The notes: a model not told the origin generated them from the letters alone. A DNA stretch of 64,000 nt from an uncultured virus (IMG/VR IMGVR_UViG_3300021255_001403) (IMGVR_UViG_3300021255_001403); one strand, 5' to 3'; positions 51,884 to 62,101 are shown, numbered from the stretch's first letter. Translations and numbers: made by a program.

Positions 51884-52942
51884 ATGTTTAACAATTTCTA
51901 TGGAGATCCTAATTATTGGTTTTATTATCAGAATTATGGAATGGGATATTATGGATACTATCCACCAATGCAAGAAATCGTAGTAAATCCTTATTATTAT
52001 CCACAGTATGCAGCTGCTTATCAACAACCTCAACAGCCATCTCAGCCTCAAATGATGGGTTATTATCCTCCACAGCAGTCTCAGCAACCAGTTCAGTATC
52101 AACAACAACCTGTACCACCACAGCCAAATGCTGTAGGTAATAATCGCTCATATGTGGTAGCTACTGGGCAGAATGTTAAAAATGGTATTTATACTGATGA
52201 CAGATATCAAGGATATGAGAATACTAAACAGACTGAAGAAGCATTTCAAAGAGCAATGTGTAATACTCCTGAAAGTGAATTAGCAAATGCTAATGTACGT
52301 CATGAAGATCGTATTAGACCTCAAGATAGAGTCAAATTCTTTTATATTCATAACGTAAAAATTTTAGGAGTTATCCAAAGATTCTGGTCGTATTTGATTC
52401 CTTGTATGAATCATGCTAATATATATTTACATATGCTAGATAACTTTGTCGTAAATGATTTGAATACTAAAAATTATGTAAGATATATGGATGATTTTGT
52501 AATTGGATTAAATGATTATAATAAGGCTTGTAGCCTTATTACGATTTTATCTGATTTTTTATTTAATAACTTAAGACTTACTTTAAAACCTACTACTAAT
52601 GCGGTTAATACTAATATCTTCCCTTATGAGTTTTTAGGATATACTATTTATAAAAATGGATCTACTTTTATAAGAGATTCTATAGTAAAAGATCTTATAA
52701 AAGAAATTATATTTTATAAATACAATGGATACTCATACGAAGAACTATTTAGAAATAGATTATTATACGTGCTTAATGCATTATACTTTATAAAAGACTT
52801 CAATGCTTATAATTATATCATATCCTTACTTTACTATTATAATATACAATCACCCATATTAGATAGAACTACTAAAGAAGAAAATGATTTTAATAAAGAT
52901 TTTGGAGTATATATGAAATCATTCTTTAAAAAATACTTGTAG
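51884..52942 (+). CDS. degenerate DGR-type reverse transcriptase fused to a Q/P/Y-rich low-complexity N-terminus
   Basis: ANIYLHMLDNFV...YVRYMDDFV...LRLTLKP...EFLGY (RT motifs 4-7; YMDD at 52484-52495); upstream RT regions shortened or eroded. Confidence 0.75.
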   Translation: MFNNFYGDPNYWFYYQNYGMGYYGYYPPMQEIVVNPYYYPQYAAAYQQPQQPSQPQMMGYYPPQQSQQPVQYQQQPVPPQPNAVGNNRSYVVATGQNVKNGIYTDDRYQGYENTKQTEEAFQRAMCNTPESELANANVRHEDRIRPQDRVKFFYIHNVKILGVIQRFWSYLIPCMNHANIYLHMLDNFVVNDLNTKNYVRYMDDFVIGLNDYNKACSLITILSDFLFNNLRLTLKPTTNAVNTNIFPYEFLGYTIYKNGSTFIRDSIVKDLIKEIIFYKYNGYSYEELFRNRLLYVLNALYFIKDFNAYNYIISLLYYYNIQSPILDRTTKEENDFNKDFGVYMKSFFKKYL

Positions 52943-52967
52943 AGAGGTTAATAGCCTCTCTACATAA

Positions 52968-53303
52968 TTATTTCTTTTTTATCATAAATGCTAAATCTTC
53001 TCTTTTTATATATTCACACTCTCTTGTATATGGATAGCTATGTGGTTTTATATGCTTCCTCTTACAATCTCTTACATATAATTCATATTCTAATAGATTC
53101 TTAAATTTTTTCTCTATAACTAGTTTAACCCTTGGATCTGTTCTTTTTGCTGTTATACTTTTTATTATACCATCTTTATATTCCATTCCTACATAATATT
53201 TAGTACCTATGAGAGTTTCTATCATATCATATTCTTTAACAACTTTATCTATTTCTGAATAAAATGCTTCATATTCTGTTGTATATGAATCTTTTTCTTC
53301 CAT
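52968..53303 (-). CDS. hypothetical protein
   Basis: GGGGAG SD. Confidence 0.55.
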   Translation of the reverse strand: MEEKDSYTTEYEAFYSEIDKVVKEYDMIETLIGTKYYVGMEYKDGIIKSITAKRTDPRVKLVIEKKFKNLLEYELYVRDCKRKHIKPHSYPYTRECEYIKREDLAFMIKKK

Positions 53304-53425
53304 ATAAATAACACTCTCCCCTTATATAAACCAACCATGTATATTTATGTGTTATTGTATTTATAGTATCTTATAACACCAAACACATTTTAATAATGTG
53401 AGTATATATAAGGAGGAAGAATTTT

Positions 53426-54019
53426 ATGCAGTATGGATTAGATTTATCAGAGAATAATGAGAAAGCAATATATGATAATCATTTTTGGGATGCACTAAAA
53501 GAATCCAAATATATGGATTTTATCATTCTCCGTATGGGATATGGAGTTAGTGCTTCAATGGATGAGACTTTCTTATATGCTTATAATAAAGCAAAGAAAA
53601 TAGGAATCCCTGTTATAAGTGCATATTGGTTTGTATATTCTATGGATCCAGAAGATGCTAAAATAGAGGCACAACATGCAGTAGATATAATAAATAATCT
53701 TGGATTAGAAGTACAGCATATTTGGGCTGATATAGAAGATAATACTAAATGGCAGAAAAATGGATTTGATTACTCTGTAGAAAATATTAATGGTATTGCT
53801 AAAACTTGGGTAGATATATTTAAAGAGAATAAACTTAAGACTGGTATATATGCTAACTATGGATACTTTGAAAATTATATTGATTGGGAATCTTTAGATG
53901 TACCTATATGGGTAGCACATTATGTAGAAGATACCCCACTTAAAGGATATTTCTGGCAACAGGGTGCTGATATGTATATAGGTGATTACGGACCATTTGA
54001 TTATAACGTTAAATTTTGA
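53426..54019 (+). CDS. GH25 muramidase (lysozyme/endolysin-like)
   Basis: GLDLSENN, FIILRMGYG, AYWFVY, DIED, GIYAN, WVAHY, WQ. Confidence 0.88.
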   Translation: MQYGLDLSENNEKAIYDNHFWDALKESKYMDFIILRMGYGVSASMDETFLYAYNKAKKIGIPVISAYWFVYSMDPEDAKIEAQHAVDIINNLGLEVQHIWADIEDNTKWQKNGFDYSVENINGIAKTWVDIFKENKLKTGIYANYGYFENYIDWESLDVPIWVAHYVEDTPLKGYFWQQGADMYIGDYGPFDYNVKF

Positions 54020-54068
54020 TAATATATATTGATGAGGGAAGATTAATTTCTTCCCTCTTATAAAAGAG

Positions 54069-54335
54069 GTGATTATTATGAATGATGCATTATCTAGATC
54101 CATATATAATCGTATATGGGTATACTCATCTACTGAGGCAGATTTATTAAAGAGAATGGGTAAAGGGCAGACTAGTACCAAAATATCTCTTGGTAAAGTA
54201 GTTAATGTTGCTGGTAAGATGAAACAGTATACTTCTATCGTTACTTCTATGGATAATGTAAAATATGCAGACTCTATTAAAGTTATGGAAGGAGATATAC
54301 GTACTGTACATTATACTCCGCCTAAAACTATGTAA
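54069..54335 (+). CDS. small hypothetical protein
   Basis: GAGGTG SD. Confidence 0.6.
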   Translation: MIIMNDALSRSIYNRIWVYSSTEADLLKRMGKGQTSTKISLGKVVNVAGKMKQYTSIVTSMDNVKYADSIKVMEGDIRTVHYTPPKTM

Positions 54336-54387
54336 GGTTATATACTATAATAGTGTAGTATCTGATTAATAAAAGGAGAGAAATATT

Positions 54388-54696
54388 ATGCACGAAAGAA
54401 AAGTAAATGGTAAAAAAGCTGTGAAACTGATGATGAGAACCTTTAGAGAGAAGTTCTTAGATTATCACACTAAATTTATTAATAAACATTTTTCCAATCT
54501 TACTGAAGGTCTTGCAGATTTTGAATTTAAATTTTATTTGAGTAATACTTTTGATTATCCAGTATATGATGAGATAATGAGAATAATTACTCCATATGGA
54601 TTCGTAAACTATACGTTTTTAACTAAATACGAAGATAAACATATCATAGTATTCCCATATTATGATACTACACCAATTCTAAGAAAACTATATTGA
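54388..54696 (+). CDS. hypothetical protein
   Basis: AAGGAG SD; promoter-like motif at 54341. Confidence 0.6.
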   Translation: MHERKVNGKKAVKLMMRTFREKFLDYHTKFINKHFSNLTEGLADFEFKFYLSNTFDYPVYDEIMRIITPYGFVNYTFLTKYEDKHIIVFPYYDTTPILRKLY

Positions 54697-54716
54697 TACA
54701 GAGGAGTGGGTAACTA

Positions 54717-55022
54717 ATGTTAACGGTAGCAGAAAAAAGATTTGATCTCTGCCCTCACTGTGGTCAGAAAATGGTATATATGATATATACCTCCACTATT
54801 GGTATACCAGATGATGTAGGCGGAAGATTTTTAAAACGTGAGAGTTTTGAAGATAAACAGATACATGCTTATTGTACTAATTGTGATAAATCTTATGAAA
54901 TGGTATCCAGTGTATTAGGTATTACTACAAAAGATTTTAACAAATATAAAGAGTATGTAAAAGAGAGGGATACAAAATTAGATAATAATCCCATAGGAAG
55001 ATTAATGACTGATGATGATTAA
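54717..55022 (+). CDS. zinc-ribbon protein
   Basis: CPHC and CTNC pairs. Confidence 0.6.
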   Translation: MLTVAEKRFDLCPHCGQKMVYMIYTSTIGIPDDVGGRFLKRESFEDKQIHAYCTNCDKSYEMVSSVLGITTKDFNKYKEYVKERDTKLDNNPIGRLMTDDD

Positions 55023-55051
55023 TAATATGATTTAGGGAGAGAAAATACATT

Positions 55052-55918
55052 ATGAGCACCTGTTTTGATAATATCTTAAAATTTCCATATTTCCTTTATA
55101 ACACTTTATCTGTGCCAATAACTGATCGTACTATGTTTATTGGTACTAAGGAAGAAATTGGCCATATAAAGAATATAATCAAACTTGTTATGGAAGACGT
55201 TGCTATTGATGGTGACGACTTTGCTATGAGAAAGTTTGTAGTAAAGAATAGAAAGACTCAACCAAATGTAGTAACCTCTAATATCTATGTAGTTAGAGGG
55301 GTTAGATTCCCTCTTACATATCATAACTGCCGTAACTATCTTATAAATTTTTTTAATCCAAATACATTAGTTGGAGATTATATTGTATTTGATTCTTTTG
55401 TAGAAAGCTTTACTACACAATTTGATGAAGATCTTAATATAGAAAAGATTGCTTATACTACAGATTTTATAGTAAATCATAATACTGGAACATTACCTCC
55501 ATTATTTGCTACTATAATGAAGATGGAATCTTTAGAAGAATTCTACTGTAATATGGCTATAGGATTAGACCAACATTTTACAGAAGATTTCTTACGTCAT
55601 AGTGGTATAAAGAAGACTTATCTTTTTGATTACTTTTGTTATGCTAGTATGCATATCTACATGTATTACACTTCTAATATAGAATTAAGTAAGAATCAAT
55701 TAATCTCCATATATGGGCCATTAGTATTGAAAGCTTGTGATAAAGAAACAGCTTTAAAAAATAAAGATAAGTATATAAGAAGTATGAAATGTCGTTATGA
55801 ACTTACAGAATTTTTATTAGGAAATGAAGAATTAAAATCTATCAAACCAGATTATTATGCTTATCCAATTTTTGTTTTAAAACAGAGAGAACTCATTAAT
55901 AAGTATCTGAAGAAGTAG
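55052..55918 (+). CDS. hypothetical protein
   Basis: GGGAG SD. Confidence 0.6.
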   Translation: MSTCFDNILKFPYFLYNTLSVPITDRTMFIGTKEEIGHIKNIIKLVMEDVAIDGDDFAMRKFVVKNRKTQPNVVTSNIYVVRGVRFPLTYHNCRNYLINFFNPNTLVGDYIVFDSFVESFTTQFDEDLNIEKIAYTTDFIVNHNTGTLPPLFATIMKMESLEEFYCNMAIGLDQHFTEDFLRHSGIKKTYLFDYFCYASMHIYMYYTSNIELSKNQLISIYGPLVLKACDKETALKNKDKYIRSMKCRYELTEFLLGNEELKSIKPDYYAYPIFVLKQRELINKYLKK

Positions 55919-55952
55919 TAATGTGTTATATATTATAAAGGAGGAAAATCTT

Positions 55953-56381
55953 TTGGGTACTATTAGTTCATTTACTGGAAAACACTCTTTTCTTTCTATG
56001 GAATATGGTTGCGAGATTAAAATGTTTGATGCAACTTTTAATTCTGCTGCTGCCTTATTCTACTCATTCAAAACTAATGATATCAAATCTCGTAGAAAAT
56101 ATGCTAGATTATCTCCTAATAAAGCTAGATCTAAAGCAGCACTTGTACAATCTGATGATTTTGATGATAATAAATATAATTATCTAAAGATTGTTATACA
56201 TGAAAAGTTTAAACAGAATCCTCATCTAGCTAAGCTGCTTATAGATACTTATCCTAATAACTTAGTTAATAATATTACCTATTATGATACTTGGATGGGA
56301 ATTCAGTATGGTAAAGGTAAAAATGCTCTTGGTAAAGCATTAATGGAAGAACGTGATGATCTTATGAAATCTGATAAATAG
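55953..56381 (+). CDS. NADAR (YbiA-like) family protein
   Basis: FLS..Y, F.S....., KFKQNPHL..LL..T, D..WG/WMG...GKN.LGK.LM..R; AAGGAGG SD before TTG 55953. Confidence 0.8.
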   Translation: MGTISSFTGKHSFLSMEYGCEIKMFDATFNSAAALFYSFKTNDIKSRRKYARLSPNKARSKAALVQSDDFDDNKYNYLKIVIHEKFKQNPHLAKLLIDTYPNNLVNNITYYDTWMGIQYGKGKNALGKALMEERDDLMKSDK

Positions 56382-56448
56382 GTATATACTATAAATATGA
56401 AAGAGAGTTTATAAACTCTCTTTCATAAAATTTTTAGGAGGATATTGT

Positions 56449-57096
56449 ATGTCGAGATATGCTTTAGAAATATATAAAAGGACTGCTAGTTTTTTAGAAG
56501 ACTTTGCTAGTAAGCGTATATATACTAAGCACTATATTAAATGGAAAGATATAGGAGGTGATCTTTTATCACCTCAAGAGAAATTTAAGATAATAAATGA
56601 TATTAATAAACGGTATAGATATTTTATGGAAGTTAATAATGAAGGCCCTGAATACTTTACTGTACAAATTACAGATATGAGTAGATCTATAGAAGGACTT
56701 AAATATGAATTGGTATATAAGATAGTAAAAAATATCTTTAATATAGTAAAATACCGTAATGATAATGAACGCATAGAATTAGAATGGAGTGATATTGTAG
56801 ATTTTCCTGTATCAGATGATATAATCTCTATAGTAGTTAAAGGTATGAGAAAGTATGGTATAGAAGTAGTATATTCATCTCGTAATTCTATACACTTTAT
56901 CAATAACTCAGAGATTACTAAGAATCAGTTAATGGAACTTAAAGATACTGACGAAGAAGATAATTATGTAATTCCCAAACCTAATACTACTTTAGTATTA
57001 GAAAGTAAAGAAGATAAGGAACAAGAAAAAGAAGAACCTGAGGTTAAATTAAGACCAGATGGAGTAGCTGAGACTATTGTAAAAATCACGAGGTAA
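56449..57096 (+). CDS. hypothetical protein
   Basis: Promoter motif at 56385; AGGAGG SD. Confidence 0.6.
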   Translation: MSRYALEIYKRTASFLEDFASKRIYTKHYIKWKDIGGDLLSPQEKFKIINDINKRYRYFMEVNNEGPEYFTVQITDMSRSIEGLKYELVYKIVKNIFNIVKYRNDNERIELEWSDIVDFPVSDDIISIVVKGMRKYGIEVVYSSRNSIHFINNSEITKNQLMELKDTDEEDNYVIPKPNTTLVLESKEDKEQEKEEPEVKLRPDGVAETIVKITR

Positions 57097-57102
57097 TTAT
57101 AT

Positions 57103-57411
57103 ATGAATACAAGACAAAGATTGGTAAGTAAGTTAATAAAACAAAGATATCATTATTTCGCTTACAGACTTGCAACTAATCGTGAAACACAAAATTATAC
57201 TACTTGGTTGAGAAATAATTTACTTAGTATAAGATGCCCTATTATAAACCGCAAATCATGGTTTAAAGCAATGAATAAAAGAAAGAAACAGAATGTTAGA
57301 GTACAGATAACTGAGCCTAATGGTAGCATTATAAAAGAAGTGGAAGGTCTTTGGTTAAAAGGAGTCGAAGCTAGTTATGAATACGAGGGAAAGAATGAAA
57401 AAGAAAGCTAA
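57103..57411 (+). CDS. basic hypothetical protein
   Basis: GAGGT SD. Confidence 0.55.
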   Translation: MNTRQRLVSKLIKQRYHYFAYRLATNRETQNYTTWLRNNLLSIRCPIINRKSWFKAMNKRKKQNVRVQITEPNGSIIKEVEGLWLKGVEASYEYEGKNEKES

Positions 57412-57551
57412 AAAATTAGGAACTGTATCCATAATTGTATTTGGTGATGGTGTACTTTCAACTAATAAAACTAAGATATCTTATTCAGAAAGAACTGTCC
57501 TAGATTTATGGAAGAAATATCCTATCATAAATTATCCTGAGAGGTGATAAT

Positions 57552-60248
57552 GTGAGATTAGCTAGACTATATCTCAAAAATTATGCTAATATATTCAATG
57601 CATTAAACCGTACTGAGATTAATATAGACTTCTCTAAATGTAGAAATAAAGTATTAGCTATTAAATCAGAGAATGGATCTGGTAAATCTTCTATTATTAA
57701 TGAATTACAACCATTCTTCTCTGATCCAAATGTATGGTTACCAGATGTGGATATAACTAAGATCATAGAGTTCTTTCTAAATGATGGTACCAATCTTTCT
57801 ATTACTTATCATGGATATAAAGCGATCAATACTAAACCTAAACAGTCTAAATGTTATATAAAGCGTATATATCCTGATGGAAGAATAGTAGAGTTAAATC
57901 CCAATGGTAATATAACCTCTGGTAGAGATATCATATTTAGTCTATTAGACGTATCTAATGACTATATGGAGTTATCTCAGATATCTGCTGTATCTAGAGG
58001 TATAGGAGCTATGAAGCCTGGAGAAAGAAAGAGATTTCTATCTTCTATTATTAGTGCTATAACTCCTTATATGAAAATGTATAAGCTTATCCAAACTAAA
58101 CATAGTACACTTAGGTCTATGATACAAACTATCAATGGAAAGATATCTCAATTAGGAAATATAGAGTTGATTCAATCTACTATGATTAAGAATCAGAAAG
58201 AGTTAGATACATTATTAGTACAAAAAGACCAATTAAAATCTCAAATCTCTTCTATATCTACTAAGATAGAGTTACTAAATCAAAATGGTCATCCACAAGA
58301 GTTATATAATTCTCTTTTAACAGAGCAATATAAACTCAATGAATCTCTTAAATCTATTCCTCTAGAGGTACTAAACTTCTCTAATGCAGAATTGATTAAA
58401 TTAGAGAAAGAATCTAGTAAGTTAGAGATTAAAATTGAGCATATGCAATCTACTTTAGATGATATGACTTCTAAAGAAAAATCTCTTATAGATTCTATTG
58501 AGTCTAATACTATTAAACTCAATTCTATATTCGATCCTGTATTATTAGAAGATACCAAATCTAAACTGAAAGATACTGAAGATTCTCTACAATTCTATAT
58601 GGATTGTTTTGATAAGTTAGGATTCCATGAGTATTCTAATATCACAGAGACTGAGTATACTACTGCTTTGGATATGATAGAGAAGTTTAATACTTCTATA
58701 TATTCTTTAGGAGATAAGTATTATCCAGAAGATAGACAGGAGGCTATAAAATATCTTAATGGAGGATTTAAAGTAGTAAACTATAGCTCCATGATAGAGA
58801 ACTTTAATAAACAATGTGATGATATTAAGAAGACTTTGTTTGAGTATAGTGATTTACTTAAACAAGCTTCTCTATTTGATAATATCCCAAAAGACTGTAA
58901 TCATATGAATGATTGCTCTTTTATAAACTATATCGTATCTGCAAAGAATAAATTGATTCCAGAAGAAGAGTATAATAAATTAGTAGCTAAAGCTGAAGAG
59001 ATAGAGAAGTCTATATCAGAAGCACAAGCATTAATGACTCATCAAGAAACTATTCTCCAGTGTATTACTGATATAAAATATACTCTTGAGTATATAAACT
59101 CAGTTAGTAAACTTATACTAAAATTTCCTAATACACAGAATATATCTTCTATATCTCATATAACGAATTGCATTATAAATGTAACTCCTATAGATATAGA
59201 TATCAGTAAGTATAGAGAGTATACAAATTACATTACTCTCATAACTCTTTGTAAGAAAGATATCTCTAATTATAAAGAGAAGATTAATAGTCTTATGAAT
59301 GCAAATAAAGAAACTTGGTTATTACAAAAATCAATAGAAAAAGAAAATTCAGAATTAACCAAATTACGGATAGATAAACATACCTTACTCGGTGACTTTA
59401 GTGAGTTAAAGAATAGTAAATTACGTGTAGATAAGGCACTACAATCAGCCTATACAAACAGGGATTTAAAATCGCAGTATGAAGAGTTTTCGGATTCTCT
59501 TAAAGAAATTAGTAAAAAATTAGATCCATTAAGAAAAAATGTGGAGGAGATAAAAGAATTAGAAGAATCTTATAAAGAATTGTTAGATAAAGAGAATAGT
59601 CTCTCATCTGATTATATTCCTAATCTTACAAGATGCATAGAAGAGGCTAAATATCAGATAGTATTGTATAATCAGTATAAAAAAGATTATGCAGAGTATT
59701 CACAGTTGTATGATAAACTGGAACAAGTAAAATATGCTACATCGGTAAATGGTATACAGGCAGAGATTATTGATATTAAGATGAATGAGATAGTATCGTC
59801 TATTAATACTCTTGCTGGTATGATGTTTGGTGGTAGATTTGAGTTACAAAAGTTCTCTGTTACTAGTGATACATTTGCGATACCATTCTTAGATAAAGAG
59901 ACTGGTTTAGTAAGACCTGATTTATCTATGATGAGTAATTCTCAACTATCTCAATTCTCTATGATAATATCTTTTGTGTTATTACATAATGCATCTCAGA
60001 AATATAATATTATACGGTTAGATGAGATTGATAATAATCTCGATACTGATAATAGACTAAACTTCTTTGAGCTTATTAATACCATAATGGATATATTAGG
60101 ATTTGAGCAGTGTGTAATCATATCCCATAATAATGAGTTAGATCTTAGTAGTTGTGATCTTATGATTACAAGATTACAGAATACTGAACAGTATTATAGT
60201 CTGATAAATTCTGGTGCTAATGTTATAGCTGATTTTATGAAAGGATAA
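57552..60248 (+). CDS. sbcC: SbcC/Rad50-like SMC-family ATPase (recombination nuclease subunit)
   Basis: Walker A SENGSGKSS, long coiled coils with a central Cys pair, signature-like MSNSQ, Walker B LDEID, IISH. Confidence 0.88.
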   Translation: MRLARLYLKNYANIFNALNRTEINIDFSKCRNKVLAIKSENGSGKSSIINELQPFFSDPNVWLPDVDITKIIEFFLNDGTNLSITYHGYKAINTKPKQSKCYIKRIYPDGRIVELNPNGNITSGRDIIFSLLDVSNDYMELSQISAVSRGIGAMKPGERKRFLSSIISAITPYMKMYKLIQTKHSTLRSMIQTINGKISQLGNIELIQSTMIKNQKELDTLLVQKDQLKSQISSISTKIELLNQNGHPQELYNSLLTEQYKLNESLKSIPLEVLNFSNAELIKLEKESSKLEIKIEHMQSTLDDMTSKEKSLIDSIESNTIKLNSIFDPVLLEDTKSKLKDTEDSLQFYMDCFDKLGFHEYSNITETEYTTALDMIEKFNTSIYSLGDKYYPEDRQEAIKYLNGGFKVVNYSSMIENFNKQCDDIKKTLFEYSDLLKQASLFDNIPKDCNHMNDCSFINYIVSAKNKLIPEEEYNKLVAKAEEIEKSISEAQALMTHQETILQCITDIKYTLEYINSVSKLILKFPNTQNISSISHITNCIINVTPIDIDISKYREYTNYITLITLCKKDISNYKEKINSLMNANKETWLLQKSIEKENSELTKLRIDKHTLLGDFSELKNSKLRVDKALQSAYTNRDLKSQYEEFSDSLKEISKKLDPLRKNVEEIKELEESYKELLDKENSLSSDYIPNLTRCIEEAKYQIVLYNQYKKDYAEYSQLYDKLEQVKYATSVNGIQAEIIDIKMNEIVSSINTLAGMMFGGRFELQKFSVTSDTFAIPFLDKETGLVRPDLSMMSNSQLSQFSMIISFVLLHNASQKYNIIRLDEIDNNLDTDNRLNFFELINTIMDILGFEQCVIISHNNELDLSSCDLMITRLQNTEQYYSLINSGANVIADFMKG

Positions 60249-60314
60249 AAAGTATTGGGCACTAATATAGTGCCCAATCTAATTTTATTTTATATTAAAA
60301 GGAGAGAGAAATAT

Positions 60315-60614
60315 ATGAGTGAAATCAAAGATGAATTAAAGGATTTTGAATTTCCTAATGCTATGGAATCTAGAAAAATAGCTAATAAAGTCATAAAACT
60401 CAGAAAGAAAGAACCACCTATAACTAAGCATTTAGAAGAAATCAAAACTAAAATTAATAATGCTTCTAAAAGAGGTTTATGTAAAGTAGAGTATTCTATG
60501 GAATATAGTACTGGAGATATGCCTGATCGTATAGGTGAATATCTAGAATCTTTAGGCTATGAAGTTACCATTAAATATGGAGAATTCTTTTTGTGGTTGA
60601 TTATAGAATTTTAA
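60315..60614 (+). CDS. repeated-domain family protein (A.E.R...I..A...G...L...GY.V), single domain
   Basis: AAGGAG SD before MSEIKD; motif shared with downstream genes. Confidence 0.65.
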   Translation: MSEIKDELKDFEFPNAMESRKIANKVIKLRKKEPPITKHLEEIKTKINNASKRGLCKVEYSMEYSTGDMPDRIGEYLESLGYEVTIKYGEFFLWLIIEF

Positions 60615-60629
60615 AGGAGAGAAATAGTT

Positions 60630-61346
60630 ATGGATAAAACAACTGAAGTGGTAGATCATATCGCTGAGATTAAGAAATTAATGAGTAAAGATGAGCTAAA
60701 TACTGCTTTAAGATATAGAGATCTTATAGTCTCTGAAATATGTGATGATAGATCTTCATCTTATGAAAAGATGAAAAAGACTTCATATAGTGTAATGACT
60801 AATGTATATGGTCTTATTTCAGATGAAAGTTTGGATATAATAAAAGAATTTTTAGTAGAGTTCTTCAAAAAGCATAACTATTCAGCTGAAATAAAATATA
60901 CCAATATGACTCCACAACTCAGACCATCAATCGCTATGAAATTGGATATTACTCTGACTGAGATAGATAATAGTAGAGCTATTATCATAAATAATATGGA
61001 AAAAGATATCCTAGATGATGAGTATGGAGTAAAAATAAAAACTGCTAATGAAACCTTTAATATAACTAAAACCGAGGTTGATAAAAAAATAATAGCATAT
61101 GAGTTAAATGAAATATCTAAAAAGATAGATAAAGCTTGTAGTCTACGTCAGTATAATATTGAATACAAAATAGAGTCACTTAAACCAACGGAAGATAATT
61201 ATAGAAGAATAGTTTATATCATACAAGATAGACTGGAAAAATTGGGATATGGAGTTACAACTTATGATGATAATACGGATGGTGGTTTTGTACTTGGTAT
61301 AGGATGGAATTTTAATAATAATCTTAAATGTTTTAAGCTTATGTGA
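60630..61346 (+). CDS. repeated-domain family protein, two domains
   Basis: KTANETF...ISKKIDKAC...LEKLGYGV. Confidence 0.65.
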   Translation: MDKTTEVVDHIAEIKKLMSKDELNTALRYRDLIVSEICDDRSSSYEKMKKTSYSVMTNVYGLISDESLDIIKEFLVEFFKKHNYSAEIKYTNMTPQLRPSIAMKLDITLTEIDNSRAIIINNMEKDILDDEYGVKIKTANETFNITKTEVDKKIIAYELNEISKKIDKACSLRQYNIEYKIESLKPTEDNYRRIVYIIQDRLEKLGYGVTTYDDNTDGGFVLGIGWNFNNNLKCFKLM

Positions 61347-62077
61347 AAGATAAGGAGAGAAGTATTATGTTTAATGAAATTACACCCAAGAAATCTCTGC
61401 ATGAATGTTTTGAAAGATTAACCGAATATGAAAAGGGTTATATACAGCATATTAGAGATAGTTTTGTAATTGAGCAAAAATTAGATCCATCAAAAAGTGA
61501 ATATTCCCAAAAGGTACTTGTTTCTTATTCTTTTGACTGCGTAAATGTGAATAAGATATTAGATTATCTTGCTACATATTTCGATTTATTTGGTTATAGA
61601 CTAAATTTCCATATAATCTGTGGTTTTAGTAGGGATATTATGAATATTGCTATTCATAAAACTGCGAGATCTCGAGATTTTGATTTAATTCCTGCTGATG
61701 TTACAAAATTAGAAGAAGAAAAAAATAAAGAAGAATATGATTGTACTATAACAACAGCAGAAGAAGATGAGTGGCCAACCAATTTCCGTCTTATGACTGC
61801 TGAAGAAGCTAGAGAGAAATATAAGAAATTGCTAGATGATAATGAGAAAAATATAGAACTCCATCTCAGTAAGATAAACGATGCGATAGAAGATGCCATT
61901 AATAAAGGTTCTAGAATTGCTACATATAAATTTGGTGATATAACTAATTTTGAAATAGCTCAAGTTGAAAAGCGATTGAAAAAGTATGGATATACTGTTG
62001 CTTATACTTCAAATCCCGATACCGATAATCCTGATAAGCATGATTTTGAAAATTACATTATAACCATAGAATTTTGA
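61343..62077 (+). CDS. repeated-domain family protein
   Basis: RLMTAEEAR...INDAIEDAINKG...LKKYGYTV. Confidence 0.65.
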   Translation: MKDKERSIMFNEITPKKSLHECFERLTEYEKGYIQHIRDSFVIEQKLDPSKSEYSQKVLVSYSFDCVNVNKILDYLATYFDLFGYRLNFHIICGFSRDIMNIAIHKTARSRDFDLIPADVTKLEEEKNKEEYDCTITTAEEDEWPTNFRLMTAEEAREKYKKLLDDNEKNIELHLSKINDAIEDAINKGSRIATYKFGDITNFEIAQVEKRLKKYGYTVAYTSNPDTDNPDKHDFENYIITIEF

Positions 62078-62101
62078 TTATATATTAAAGGAGAGAGCAA
62101 A

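Noticed and set aside
51812..52151. Alternative-frame ORFs over the Q/P-rich region
   Set aside because: Shadow frames of a CAA/CCA-rich low-complexity sequence
51732..52400. Expected DGR template repeat and avd gene between target 3 and the RT
   Set aside because: No AAY-rich copy of the VR and no Avd-like ORF could be found here or elsewhere in the window by eye
51884..52942. Group II intron or retron RT
   Set aside because: No intron domain V, maturase or retron VTG motif seen; the YMDD context and adjacent VR genes fit a DGR origin
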